DNA of 64,000 nt from an uncultured Planctomycetia bacterium (GTDB lineage Bacteria; Omnitrophota; Gorgyraeia; Duberdicusellales; 4484-171). The translations under genes were made by a program, and so were the position numbers. A model generated the notes under the pieces. It worked only from the letters and a program-made list of their open reading frames with translations, made no database searches and had not been told where the DNA came from. The stretch is taken from assembly GCA_964536865.1 (NCBI GenBank), contig CAZHYN010000003.1:9822-73821 (forward strand). Direction: 5' to 3'. Position 1 is the first letter of the stretch, and each line of letters opens with the position of its first letter. Of the stretch, positions 39,855-49,505 are shown one piece after another.

Positions 39855-40696
39855 TACTCTATCCAGTATTTCTCAAACATATACCACTGCTCAGGATATC
39901 TAGCTATATACTTCTCTAATATTTTAGCACATTCTTGTATAATTTCCTCTTCAGATTTTTTCTTATTTCCTTGGTAAGGAGATATAGGAGTATCAAAAAT
40001 TAAACTATAAGTATATTTGTTTTCTCTTATTAAAAAAGAAGGAATAATGTAGGCGTCTGTTTTTAAAGAGAAGTTCGCTGCTCCTCTTGGAAGGATGCAT
40101 GTTTTGCCAAACATTTTTACTTTTTTCCCCTTTCTTGAAAAATCTCTATCTCCCAAGAGAGCAAGGATTTTTTTCCTGTTTAATGCTTGGAAACACTTCT
40201 TTATTCCTATACCTGTAGAAGTTACTTCTACCCCACATACTTCTCTTTGGTGATTAAAGAAGCTATTTGTTCGTTGGTCTTTATGAGGTAAAGCAACTGC
40301 ATACACCTTATATCCCAGTATAGAGGTAAGAGCCCCTCCTAATTCATAGTTTCCTAGATGAGCAGTAAGAGCTATTATTTTTTTATTCTCTTTAATTAAG
40401 TTTTGTAAGAGTTCGATTCCAATTAATTTTACATATTTCTCTATAAATCTAAAATCAATTTTAGAAAATCGAAAGAAATCTACTAAGTAATAAGCAAAAT
40501 TTTCCACAATTTTTTTAGCACACCGGTAGGCTGTTTTTTTGTTTTTCAGGATAGGTAGAAGATTATATATCAGATTTTTTTTATCCTTTCTACTAAAAAG
40601 AAATTTTATTTTTGCTATAATCGAAGCTAATAGATATGATATCTTTCTTGGCAGAAGTATAGCTAACCATCTTCCCAATAAGAAGAGATAATACAT
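39854..40696 (-). CDS. LpxL/HtrB-family lipid A (or related glycolipid) acyltransferase
   Basis: LTAHLGNYELGG (HX4E acyltransferase motif); N-terminal membrane anchor. Confidence 0.55.
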   Translation of the reverse strand: MYYLFLLGRWLAILLPRKISYLLASIIAKIKFLFSRKDKKNLIYNLLPILKNKKTAYRCAKKIVENFAYYLVDFFRFSKIDFRFIEKYVKLIGIELLQNLIKENKKIIALTAHLGNYELGGALTSILGYKVYAVALPHKDQRTNSFFNHQREVCGVEVTSTGIGIKKCFQALNRKKILALLGDRDFSRKGKKVKMFGKTCILPRGAANFSLKTDAYIIPSFLIRENKYTYSLIFDTPISPYQGNKKKSEEEIIQECAKILEKYIARYPEQWYMFEKYWIE

Positions 40697-40702
40697 TTGC
40701 CG

Positions 40703-41818
40703 TCAATTTAAATAGTTTAAAATTAGATTAACTATTCTTAATGATGAATCTACTATGGCATTTTGTAGAGCATTTTTCTTCAGAGAAAATAATACATTTT
40801 TATTTTTTAAAAGTGCGTTAATCAGATTCCCAATTTCTTTTACAGAATTTACTCTCAATATAGTTTCTTTTTTCTCTAGATATCTTACATTTCTTTCTTC
40901 TTGACCTGGTATAGGATTTACTACAATCGTTGCCATTCCTTTAGCTAGAGCTTCAGAGATTGTAAGCCCCCCTGCTTTAGTTATAATAATATCTGAAAAA
41001 TCCATCAATTTATTTACGAAATCAATATATCCAAAATAAAATAATCGTTTTTTAAAATATTTTGCTCTTTTCTTAAACCAGCTAAAGAGTTTTTTGTTTT
41101 TCCCGCAGATCACTATTAGTTGAAGTTCTTCCTCTACTTCATCTAATGTCTTAGCTATTCTTTTTATAGGACCTATACCTAGACCTCCTCCCATAAGTAA
41201 GATAGTATTTGTATTCAAAGCAAAACTAAATTCCTTTGCTAATTCCTTTTTATCATACACTCTTAGGAAATTTACAGAAATAGGAATACCTAGAACTCTT
41301 ACTTTTTTAGGATTTACTCCTTCTGCAATAAATATTTCCTTTGCTTCTTGGCATGCTACTACATAGAGATCTACTCCTTGATGGATCCATAGCCGATGAG
41401 GGTAATAGTCAGTCACTACTCCTATTAAGGGTACATCTATTCTCTGATTTTTTTTAAGTTCAGCAATAATTCCACAGGGAAAAGCTTGGGTAGCTACAAT
41501 CACCCCAGGATCTATTTTTCTTATTAAAGATAAAAACTTAGGTACAGCTATAAGATTTATCAGTTTACTAAGCGGAGTTATAGTTTTTATAAGTTTCTTT
41601 TTATCATAGATTTTTCCCCATAATAAAGGAAAGTACTTTATGGTAAGAGTGTAGATAAAACTAATAAATTTTTCTATATGAGGGCTTAAATAAGCAAAAC
41701 CATTTAAGTTAATTACCTCTAAGTTAGGTTCTTTAAAAATTAGGGCCTCTTTTATATTTTCACTAGCTTTTTTATGTCCTCCGAATTGAGAGATATGGAG
41801 AATAAGAACCTTTTTCAT
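40703..41818 (-). CDS. GT28-family glycosyltransferase (MGDG synthase / UgtP / MurG-like)
   Basis: A hydrolase-like N-terminus is followed by LLMGGGLGIGP and ITKAGGLTISEALA motifs. Confidence 0.55.
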   Translation of the reverse strand: MKKVLILHISQFGGHKKASENIKEALIFKEPNLEVINLNGFAYLSPHIEKFISFIYTLTIKYFPLLWGKIYDKKKLIKTITPLSKLINLIAVPKFLSLIRKIDPGVIVATQAFPCGIIAELKKNQRIDVPLIGVVTDYYPHRLWIHQGVDLYVVACQEAKEIFIAEGVNPKKVRVLGIPISVNFLRVYDKKELAKEFSFALNTNTILLMGGGLGIGPIKRIAKTLDEVEEELQLIVICGKNKKLFSWFKKRAKYFKKRLFYFGYIDFVNKLMDFSDIIITKAGGLTISEALAKGMATIVVNPIPGQEERNVRYLEKKETILRVNSVKEIGNLINALLKNKNVLFSLKKNALQNAIVDSSLRIVNLILNYLN

Positions 41819-41826
41819 CTTTTCGA

Positions 41827-42993
41827 TTATACTTCTCCATTATTGAAAGCATTAAGGAAAGCCTTAACTACTAAGGGGTGGAATTGAGTGCCACTATTTC
41901 TAACTATCTCTTCTTTTGCCTCAATTCTTGTTAAAGCTTTACGATAGGGTCTTTCCGTAGTCATAGCATCATAAGCATCAGCAACAGAGATTATCGCTGC
42001 CATTAAAGGTATTTTTCTTCCTTCTAATTCCGAGGGATATCCTTTTCCGTCATACCTTTCATGATGATGTTTCACAGCTAGAATTATTTCTTTTAAGTCT
42101 TTTATAGGAGAAAGTATCTCCTCCCCCACTAAAGGATGGGTTCTTATCAGTGCCCAGTCCCTGGGAGTTAGTGGACGTTTCTTGTTAAGAACTTTTTCTG
42201 GGACTCCTATCTTACCAATGTCATGTAAAAGAGCAGCTATCTTTAAATCGTTCTTAAAATTTTCCCAATTTTTTATCCTTCTTATTTTCTTAAGCTCTTG
42301 AGCAATCTTTAGAGAAAAGGTTACCACTCTTTCTGTGTGTCCTTTTGTATACTTGTCCTTAGCTTCTATAGCTTGAGCTAAGGCAGTAATAGTTTGAATA
42401 AAGAGAGCTTGATTTTTTTCTAGCTGGATTTTTAAGTCTTCGAATAAGGAAGCATTGCGGATAGCCATGGCTACATCTGAAGAAAGAATAGATAGAAAAG
42501 TTAACTCTTCAGCAGGAAACACTCTCCCATTTAGTTTTCTTCCCAGAATAAAGATTCCTAAAAGTTCCTCACGAAAAAATATAGGGAGAGCAACCTCTAC
42601 CTTATATATAAAGAGCTGATATAGTAACTTCTGGAAAAACTCTTTAAGTTTTTCGTCTGTCTTTTTTCTTTTTAGGAATCTCTTTACTCTCTTAAGAAGA
42701 AGAAAATCATCATTCCATTGATTATAGTGCTTATTGTAAGAAAAATACTTTACTAAGGGCGAGTCTTTAGAGATTTTTACTAATCCTGAAGGGATTTTTA
42801 TACCTTGTTTTCCTCTAGATATAGTCAAAATATAACTGTCTTTATTCTTATCAAAAAGAAAAATTCCTGCATGAGAGACTCGTAAATTTTTTATTATTGT
42901 TCTTATAATAAGCTTAATAAGAGTTTCGGTACGATGAATAAGAATCATTTGGCGAGCTGCTCTTTCTAATTCTTTTCTGTAAGAGATACGCAT
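41827..42993 (-). CDS. GAF domain-containing HD-GYP phosphodiesterase (c-di-GMP)
   Basis: N-terminal GAF-like domain; HD-GYP core motifs (LLHDIGKIGVP... and HHERYDGKGYP). Confidence 0.7.
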   Translation of the reverse strand: MRISYRKELERAARQMILIHRTETLIKLIIRTIIKNLRVSHAGIFLFDKNKDSYILTISRGKQGIKIPSGLVKISKDSPLVKYFSYNKHYNQWNDDFLLLKRVKRFLKRKKTDEKLKEFFQKLLYQLFIYKVEVALPIFFREELLGIFILGRKLNGRVFPAEELTFLSILSSDVAMAIRNASLFEDLKIQLEKNQALFIQTITALAQAIEAKDKYTKGHTERVVTFSLKIAQELKKIRRIKNWENFKNDLKIAALLHDIGKIGVPEKVLNKKRPLTPRDWALIRTHPLVGEEILSPIKDLKEIILAVKHHHERYDGKGYPSELEGRKIPLMAAIISVADAYDAMTTERPYRKALTRIEAKEEIVRNSGTQFHPLVVKAFLNAFNNGEV

Positions 42994-43358
42994 TATTTTT
43001 TAGGTTTTATATACTTGGAGATAACGGTATCTAGATTTTCTAATTCTATAGGTTTTACAAGATAGTCTTCTGCGCCCATTCTTTTCGCTTTCATGATAGA
43101 TGGTTTATCATCTCTTGCAGTAATCATTATTACTCTAACATCTTTAGAAGTTTCTTTTACCCTCTTTAATACGAAGAAACCATCTTCTCCAGGCATTTTC
43201 ACATCTAGGAGTATAAGGTTTGGTTTTTTCTGGACAAAAATTTCTAAGGCATCCTTGGCATTATTGGCTATAAAAGGTTTCAATCCTTTTCTTTTTAAGA
43301 AACTACTTAAGAATTCTGCAACTTCTACTTCATCATCTACCACAAGTACTTTTTCCAT
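42993..43358 (-). CDS. single-domain response regulator (CheY-like receiver)
   Basis: VLVVDDE...LILLDVKMPGEDGF...VIMITA...K. Start placed at MEKVLVV. Confidence 0.75.
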   Translation of the reverse strand: MEKVLVVDDEVEVAEFLSSFLKRKGLKPFIANNAKDALEIFVQKKPNLILLDVKMPGEDGFFVLKRVKETSKDVRVIMITARDDKPSIMKAKRMGAEDYLVKPIELENLDTVISKYIKPKK

Positions 43359-43440
43359 CTTTCTCATCCTCTATGCTTTAAATTTTTAATATTATACCAT
43401 AGAAATTATAATCTTTTCAATTTAATTAGAAGCTCTAATT

Positions 43441-44682
43441 TCAATCTTTTAGGAAGGAGGAGATAATCTCTGAAAGAGTGGGATGGATAAAGATGCAATC
43501 CTTTATTTTATCTATAGTGAGATGGTTTCTTATAGCTAGGGAGAAGATGCTTATAAGTTCGCAAGCGTATTTGGAAATTATAGTAGCTCCTAGTATCTTT
43601 CCTTTGGAATCAGTAAGAAGTTTAACAAATCCATCTTCATCTTGATAAACATAAGATGAGGAAAATCTTCTAAAGTTTGTTTTTATAATTTGATAAGTAA
43701 GATTCACTCTTTTTGCTTCGTCTTCATCTACTCCTACTTTTGCTATTTGAGGTATAGAGAATACACATTCACTAATACCTTCATAATTAATAGATTCTCT
43801 TTGACCTAAGATATTCTTTAAAATTATATGTGCCTGATACTCTGCTACATAAGCATACATTTTGTGAGAAGCAACATCTCCGCAGGCAAAAATGTTGCTT
43901 ATGTTAGTTTGCATATACTCATTAGTCTCTATTCTTCCACTTCTATCTGTTCTTACTCCTATTTTTTCCAGATTTAAATTTCCTGTATTAGGAATTCTTC
44001 CTCCTGCTAAAAATACCACATCAAATTCTTCCAGATTGAATTCTTCTAAAGTTGTAGAAGTTTTTATCGTTGTACCATTTTTTTCTAATATCATTCTTAA
44101 GCGTTGGCTAATCTTTCTTTCGAAATTAGGTAAAATCTGTTCCTCTTTTTCTATAACTACTACTTTCTTAGATAAATTATTAAGAAAAGAAGCGAGTTCT
44201 AATCCTATACTACCTCCTCCTACAATAAGAATATTAGTAGGAAGATTTGAAAAGTTAAATATATCTTCAGCAAAAAATATCTTTCTCTCATCAGGTTCTA
44301 TAATTCTTTTAGGAATGCTGCCTGTAGCAATAATTATGTTCTCTGCTACCACTTTCTTTTTATCTATCTCTATTGTGTGCGTATCAGATATTTGAGCTTT
44401 TCCCCATACGATTTCTATTCCTTTGTTATCTAAATAAGAGAGTGCTTCTTTTCTTATAGACTTTACTATCTGATTCTTCTTCAAAAAAATATTTTCTAGA
44501 TTATGATTGTGTTTTGTCAACTGAAGATATAATTTGGTAGGAATGCAACCTTTATTTAAGCAAATACCTCCGAAGTTTAAAGGAGACTCTTCTATAAGAA
44601 TAGTTTTCAGATTATTCTTGATAGCTTCCTTGGCTGCCTGTAGTCCTCCTGCACCAGCACCTATTATTGCGAGTTCATACAT
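43441..44682 (-). CDS. class I pyridine nucleotide-disulfide oxidoreductase (dihydrolipoamide dehydrogenase-like)
   Basis: IIGAGAGG, the redox-active GGICLNKGCIPTK (CxxxxC) and a C-terminal HPTLSE interface motif. It is 413 aa, shorter than canonical Lpd. Confidence 0.65.
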   Translation of the reverse strand: MYELAIIGAGAGGLQAAKEAIKNNLKTILIEESPLNFGGICLNKGCIPTKLYLQLTKHNHNLENIFLKKNQIVKSIRKEALSYLDNKGIEIVWGKAQISDTHTIEIDKKKVVAENIIIATGSIPKRIIEPDERKIFFAEDIFNFSNLPTNILIVGGGSIGLELASFLNNLSKKVVVIEKEEQILPNFERKISQRLRMILEKNGTTIKTSTTLEEFNLEEFDVVFLAGGRIPNTGNLNLEKIGVRTDRSGRIETNEYMQTNISNIFACGDVASHKMYAYVAEYQAHIILKNILGQRESINYEGISECVFSIPQIAKVGVDEDEAKRVNLTYQIIKTNFRRFSSSYVYQDEDGFVKLLTDSKGKILGATIISKYACELISIFSLAIRNHLTIDKIKDCIFIHPTLSEIISSFLKD

Positions 44683-45593
44683 TCTCTAAAGTAATTCAAT
44701 GATTCTGAAAGTTTCCTCTTTTCCTCTTTACTTAATTCCATTTCAATTATTTTCACTATACCCTTCCTGCCAATAATGCAAGGTACACCTATACATACAT
44801 TTTTCAGTCCATATTCTCCTTTAAGATAAGTTGATACACATATAATTTCTTTTTTGTCTTTTACAATAGCCTCGATTAGTTGATAACCAGCAAGAGAAGG
44901 AGCAAAGTGAGCACTTCTATTCTTTAGAAGTTCAACAATCTCTTTGCCTCTCAATTTCGTTCTCTCTGAAATTAATTTTATTTTTTCCTGAGAGATAAAT
45001 TTATCTATGTTTATACCTTTAACTTTACATCTCCTAGTTAGAGGAAGCATATCTTTACTGTGGATACCTAATACCATTGTTTCTATAGAGGAAGGGCTGA
45101 TTTTTATCATTTGGTAAATAAGATTAAGTAGACGGGCGGAATCTAAAGAAGACCCCATCCCTATAACTCGCTCTCTTTCAAAGTCAGTCTCTTTTTTAAT
45201 CACATAAGTAATAAAATCTACAGGATTAGTTATTACTATCACTAAAGATGTAGGTGATAGCTTTTTAATTCTTTTAGCAATATTTTTAGCAATTTCTTTG
45301 TTGATGTTAACAAGATCGTATCTTGTCATTCCTGCACCTCTTGCCTTTCCTGCAGCAACAACGACGATATCAGAATTTCTAATGTGGTTTATATTGGAGG
45401 TTCCTAGTATCTTTGTAGAAAATTTTAAAAATGCCCTAGTATCTTCTAAATCTAAAGCAACTCCTTTCGCTAAAGAACCAGCAATATCTATAAGATTTAA
45501 TTCTTCTATATCCAGATTCTTTAGGATATTAAAAGCTAATGTACTTCCTACTGAGCCTACTCCAATAATAGAGATCTTTCTGACCCTTTCCAT
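44664..45593 (-). CDS. mdh: LDH-like malate dehydrogenase
   Basis: IIGVGSVGS, ITNPVD, and AAGKARGAGMTRYDL carrying the Arg that marks Mdh rather than Ldh. Confidence 0.65.
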   Translation of the reverse strand: MERVRKISIIGVGSVGSTLAFNILKNLDIEELNLIDIAGSLAKGVALDLEDTRAFLKFSTKILGTSNINHIRNSDIVVVAAGKARGAGMTRYDLVNINKEIAKNIAKRIKKLSPTSLVIVITNPVDFITYVIKKETDFERERVIGMGSSLDSARLLNLIYQMIKISPSSIETMVLGIHSKDMLPLTRRCKVKGINIDKFISQEKIKLISERTKLRGKEIVELLKNRSAHFAPSLAGYQLIEAIVKDKKEIICVSTYLKGEYGLKNVCIGVPCIIGRKGIVKIIEMELSKEEKRKLSESLNYFRECMNSQ

Positions 45594-46684
45594 TATTTTT
45601 TCATTTTGTTGATTTTTTCTATAATTGCCTGAGCCATTTCTTTTGTTCCTACTGCAGTAGGATCCTCTCTTTGCTGTTTCAAATCGTAGGTTACGAATTT
45701 ACCTTCCTTTATTACTTGGTAAGTGGCTTCTTCTAGAAGTTTAGCTTTTTCTATTTCCCCTAGATATTTTAACATCATTACTCCGGAAAGAATTGTAGCT
45801 GTAGGATTAACTTTATTTTTTCCTGCGTATTTAGGAGCAGCTCCATGAACTGGTTCAAATACAGCAAATTCTTTGCCAATATTAGCTCCTGGAGCTACCC
45901 CCAATCCTCCAATTAAACCTGCACATATCTCCGAAATAATATCTCCATAGAGATTGGGTAAAACTAATACATCAAAGATTTCTGGTTTTAAAATTAGTTG
46001 CATACATAAATTATCTACAATAACATCCTCAGCTATTATGTTAGGATATCTAGATGCTATTCCTTTAAAACAACTTAAAAATAATCCGTCAGTAGCTTTC
46101 ATTATATTTGCTTTGTGTACACAAGTTATTTTCTTTCTCTCTTCTCTTTGTGCCCATTCAAAGGCGAATTCAATAACTCTTTCTGAGGCTGATTGCGAAA
46201 TAGGTTTTATAGATATTGCTGAGTCTTTTAGAATATTTTTTCCACTCAATCGACTTAGTTCCTCTATTAAATTTTCTGTGGAGGATTCTCCTTTAAAAAA
46301 TTCTATTCCCGCATATAAATCTTCACTATTTTCTCTTATCACCACGATATTTACGTTTTTATGTTTAGAGGGTATTCCTGCAATAGATTTAGCAGGTCTT
46401 ACGCAAGCAAAGAGGTTTAAAGTTTGACGCAAAGCTACATTTACAGAACGGAAACCACTTCCTATAGGGGTGATTATAGGGCCTTTTAAAGCTACTTTAT
46501 TCTTTCTGATAGAATTTAAAGTTTCCTTAGGAAGCAAGGAGTTTTTTTCTCTGAGTGCAGGTTCTCCAGCTAAAGCAATTTCCCATTCTATTTCTATTCC
46601 CAAAGCATCTATGCATTGCCGTGCTGCTTGAGTAACCTCTGGTCCTATTCCATCACCAGGTATAAGAGTAATTTTATAGCCCAT
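45593..46684 (-). CDS. isocitrate/3-isopropylmalate dehydrogenase family protein
   Basis: [13 protein letters not shown] in a 363-aa beta-decarboxylating dehydrogenase fold. It is adjacent to LeuCD-like and Mdh genes. Confidence 0.7.
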   Translation of the reverse strand: MGYKITLIPGDGIGPEVTQAARQCIDALGIEIEWEIALAGEPALREKNSLLPKETLNSIRKNKVALKGPIITPIGSGFRSVNVALRQTLNLFACVRPAKSIAGIPSKHKNVNIVVIRENSEDLYAGIEFFKGESSTENLIEELSRLSGKNILKDSAISIKPISQSASERVIEFAFEWAQREERKKITCVHKANIMKATDGLFLSCFKGIASRYPNIIAEDVIVDNLCMQLILKPEIFDVLVLPNLYGDIISEICAGLIGGLGVAPGANIGKEFAVFEPVHGAAPKYAGKNKVNPTATILSGVMMLKYLGEIEKAKLLEEATYQVIKEGKFVTYDLKQQREDPTAVGTKEMAQAIIEKINKMKK

Positions 46685-47190
46685 TACTGTTTAATTTGAA
46701 AATCTTTATATTTTTTTAGGTAATTAATAATTCCCTTTTCTTTTATAAGGTTTTTGCGAAATTCATCCAAAGGGTGAAAAGATATTTCTCCTCCTCTAGT
46801 TATATTTTTTATCGTTCCTTTATCGATATCTACACGGATAATGTCCCCTTCTTGTAAGGAATCGGTATCTGCCTCCACTAATGGTAGTCCTATATTGAAT
46901 GCATTTCTATAAAATATCCGCGCAAAGCTTTTAGCTACTACACATACAATCTTAGCTTCTTTTATTACCCAAGGTGCTTGTTCTCGAGAAGAGCCTAATC
47001 CAAAATTTAGACCCGCCACCACTATGGATTTGTTGGGAATGATTTCTTCAAAAAAATTAGGCCTTATATCTTCAAAAATATGTTGAGCTAGTTTTTTCAT
47101 ATCAGTAATAGAAAATTTATATCTACCAGATATTATCCAATCAGTATTTATATTGTCACCAAACCTAAAAACTTTACCTTCAAAAATCAT
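46684..47190 (-). CDS. leuD: 3-isopropylmalate/homoaconitate dehydratase small subunit (archaeal-type LeuD)
   Basis: 168 aa; FRFGDNINTDWIISGRYKF. Confidence 0.75.
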   Translation of the reverse strand: MIFEGKVFRFGDNINTDWIISGRYKFSITDMKKLAQHIFEDIRPNFFEEIIPNKSIVVAGLNFGLGSSREQAPWVIKEAKIVCVVAKSFARIFYRNAFNIGLPLVEADTDSLQEGDIIRVDIDKGTIKNITRGGEISFHPLDEFRKNLIKEKGIINYLKKYKDFQIKQ

Positions 47191-48236
47191 AAATTTTCAA
47201 ACTCCATTATATTTTTAACTTTACTTATAGCTACATCTCTAGTAATTATTCCTTTCTTATACAATTCCTTTAGGCACTTATCCATCGTATGCATTCCGTA
47301 TTGAGCTCCCATTTGAATTAAAGAAGGAATTTGCGCTATTTCCCCTTCCCTTATTAGGTTTCTTATTCCTGGGGTAGCAATCATAACCTCAGTAGCTAAT
47401 ACTCTTCCTAAACCGTCTGCTCTTGGTAAGAGAAGTTGGGAGATTACTCCTTGAAGACAATCAGCGAGTTGAACTCTTATCTGCTTTTGCTGATGGGGAG
47501 GGAAAACATCAATAATTCTTTGAACGGTTTGAGGGGCATCAGGTGTATGTAAGGTAGCTAAAACCAGATGTCCCGTTTCCGCAGCTGTTAAAGTAGTAGC
47601 GATAGTTTCTAAATCTCGCATCTCCCCTACTACAATTACATTAGGATCTTGTCTTAAAGCTCTTCTTAAGGCTTCGGGAAAAGAGTGAGTATCTGCGTAA
47701 ACTTCTCTTTGTTTTATTATACTTTTCTTGTTATTATGGTAGAATTCTATAGGGTCCTCTATACAAATAATTATTTCTTTTCTTTCTTTGTTTATTACAT
47801 CAATCATTGCTGCTAAAGTAGTACTTTTACCTGTTCCTGTAGGACCAGTTACTAATACTAAGCCATTAGGTTTTCTTATTAAATCGTAAGCTACTAAAGG
47901 AACTCCTAACTCATCTAGAGGGGGAATTTCTCTAGGGATACGCCTTAAAGCTGCTTCTACATTCCCTTTTTGATAGTGGACATTTACACGAAATCTATCC
48001 ATATTAGGAATAGAAAAAGAAAAATCCAACTCTTTGTCTTTTTCAAATATAGCCTTTTGATCATCAGTTAAGATACTATATATGAGAGCCTTTGTTTGTT
48101 CTGAATTTAAAGGAGGTAGATCTGTAAGGTGAAGTTTTCCATCGATCCTTAACACAGGAGGAGAGTTTACAGTAATATGTAAGTCACTAGCTTCTTTCTC
48201 CATAGCAAGTTTTAAAAGACTAGTCATGTCCATCAT
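47187..48236 (-). CDS. pilT: type IV pilus retraction ATPase PilT homolog (orphan)
   Basis: LVLVTGPTGTGKSTT Walker A, Asp and His boxes; 349 aa. It sits between leuC and leuD with overlapping/abutting boundaries. Confidence 0.8.
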   Translation of the reverse strand: MMDMTSLLKLAMEKEASDLHITVNSPPVLRIDGKLHLTDLPPLNSEQTKALIYSILTDDQKAIFEKDKELDFSFSIPNMDRFRVNVHYQKGNVEAALRRIPREIPPLDELGVPLVAYDLIRKPNGLVLVTGPTGTGKSTTLAAMIDVINKERKEIIICIEDPIEFYHNNKKSIIKQREVYADTHSFPEALRRALRQDPNVIVVGEMRDLETIATTLTAAETGHLVLATLHTPDAPQTVQRIIDVFPPHQQKQIRVQLADCLQGVISQLLLPRADGLGRVLATEVMIATPGIRNLIREGEIAQIPSLIQMGAQYGMHTMDKCLKELYKKGIITRDVAISKVKNIMEFENL

Positions 48237-48251
48237 TGTTCTACCTCCTTC

Positions 48252-49505
48252 TTAATAAAGATATCTTCGAGGATCAGTTATTTTACCTTTTATAACAGAG
48301 CTAGCTACCGTGGCAGGGGAAGCAAGGTAAATAAAACTATTAGGATTTCCCATTCTCCCTTTAAAATTTCTGTTAGCGGTAGAGAGAACTACTTCCTTAT
48401 CTGCTGGTACTCCTTGGTTTGTTCCTACACAAGGTCCACATCCAGGAGGGAGAACAATTGCTCCTGCTTGAATAAGGATTTTTATGATACCCCTCGCTAA
48501 AGCTAATTTAAATACTTTTTTAGATGCAGGAGCAACAAAAAGCTTTACTTCAGGATGTACCCTCCTTCCCTTTAGTATCCGTGCAGTTATTTCTAAATCT
48601 TCTAATCTTCCATTAGTACATGTTCCAATATAACCTTGGTTTATAGAAAGTCCTTCGATTTCTTCAACAGGCACACCATTATCTACGCTATGAGGTTTAG
48701 CGATGTAGGGAGAAAGTTTAGAGACATCAAATTCTACAATTTTTTCATATTTCGCATCTTTATCAGGATAAAAAGTTTTATATTTTCTAACTCCTATTCT
48801 CTCTAAATAATTAAACACTTTTTTGTCAGGAGCTATAATGCCACATTTCGCTCCAAATTCAATACTCATATTTGTTATGGTTAGTCGTGCATCCAGGGAT
48901 AGTGCTTTAATTACTTCTCCATCAAATTCCACACACCGATAAGTAGCCCCCCAACAAGTAAATTGTTTGATTATATAAAGAATAATGTCTTTACTAAAAA
49001 CCCCTTTAGGTATTTTACCTTTCACAATTATTTTGTAAGTAGAAGGTATCTTAAACCAGTTTTTTCCTGTAACTAAACTCACTGCCAGATCTGTAGAACC
49101 TACGCCTAAACCAATTGCTCCTAAAGCTCCACATGTTGATGTATGAGAATCTGCTCCTAAAATGAGCGCTCCCGGATAAGCAAAACCTTCTTCAATTACT
49201 AGTTGATGAGATATACCTTCCCCAACATCAAAAAGTAAACTTTTCATTTTACTAGTAGCTTCTCTCATTCGAATATGAACTTCCGCTACTCCTATGTTGG
49301 GAGCAGGTATACTGTGGTCGATAAATTGAGCATATCTTTTAGGATATTTTATATTTTGAGAGAACTTCTCTAAAGCATCTAGTACTAAAGAGGTAGTTCC
49401 ATCTTGAGAAAAACAAAAGTCTACTTTACATACAGCTACGTCACCACTTTTTAAAGATTTTTTAGCGTGATGAGAAAATATTTTCTCAGCGATAGTTTTA
49501 CCCAT
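48252..49505 (-). CDS. leuC: 3-isopropylmalate/homoaconitate dehydratase large subunit (archaeal-type LeuC)
   Basis: 417-aa aconitase-family catalytic subunit with Cys ligand regions (GTCTNG..., PGCGPCVG). Confidence 0.8.
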   Translation of the reverse strand: MGKTIAEKIFSHHAKKSLKSGDVAVCKVDFCFSQDGTTSLVLDALEKFSQNIKYPKRYAQFIDHSIPAPNIGVAEVHIRMREATSKMKSLLFDVGEGISHQLVIEEGFAYPGALILGADSHTSTCGALGAIGLGVGSTDLAVSLVTGKNWFKIPSTYKIIVKGKIPKGVFSKDIILYIIKQFTCWGATYRCVEFDGEVIKALSLDARLTITNMSIEFGAKCGIIAPDKKVFNYLERIGVRKYKTFYPDKDAKYEKIVEFDVSKLSPYIAKPHSVDNGVPVEEIEGLSINQGYIGTCTNGRLEDLEITARILKGRRVHPEVKLFVAPASKKVFKLALARGIIKILIQAGAIVLPPGCGPCVGTNQGVPADKEVVLSTANRNFKGRMGNPNSFIYLASPATVASSVIKGKITDPRRYLY

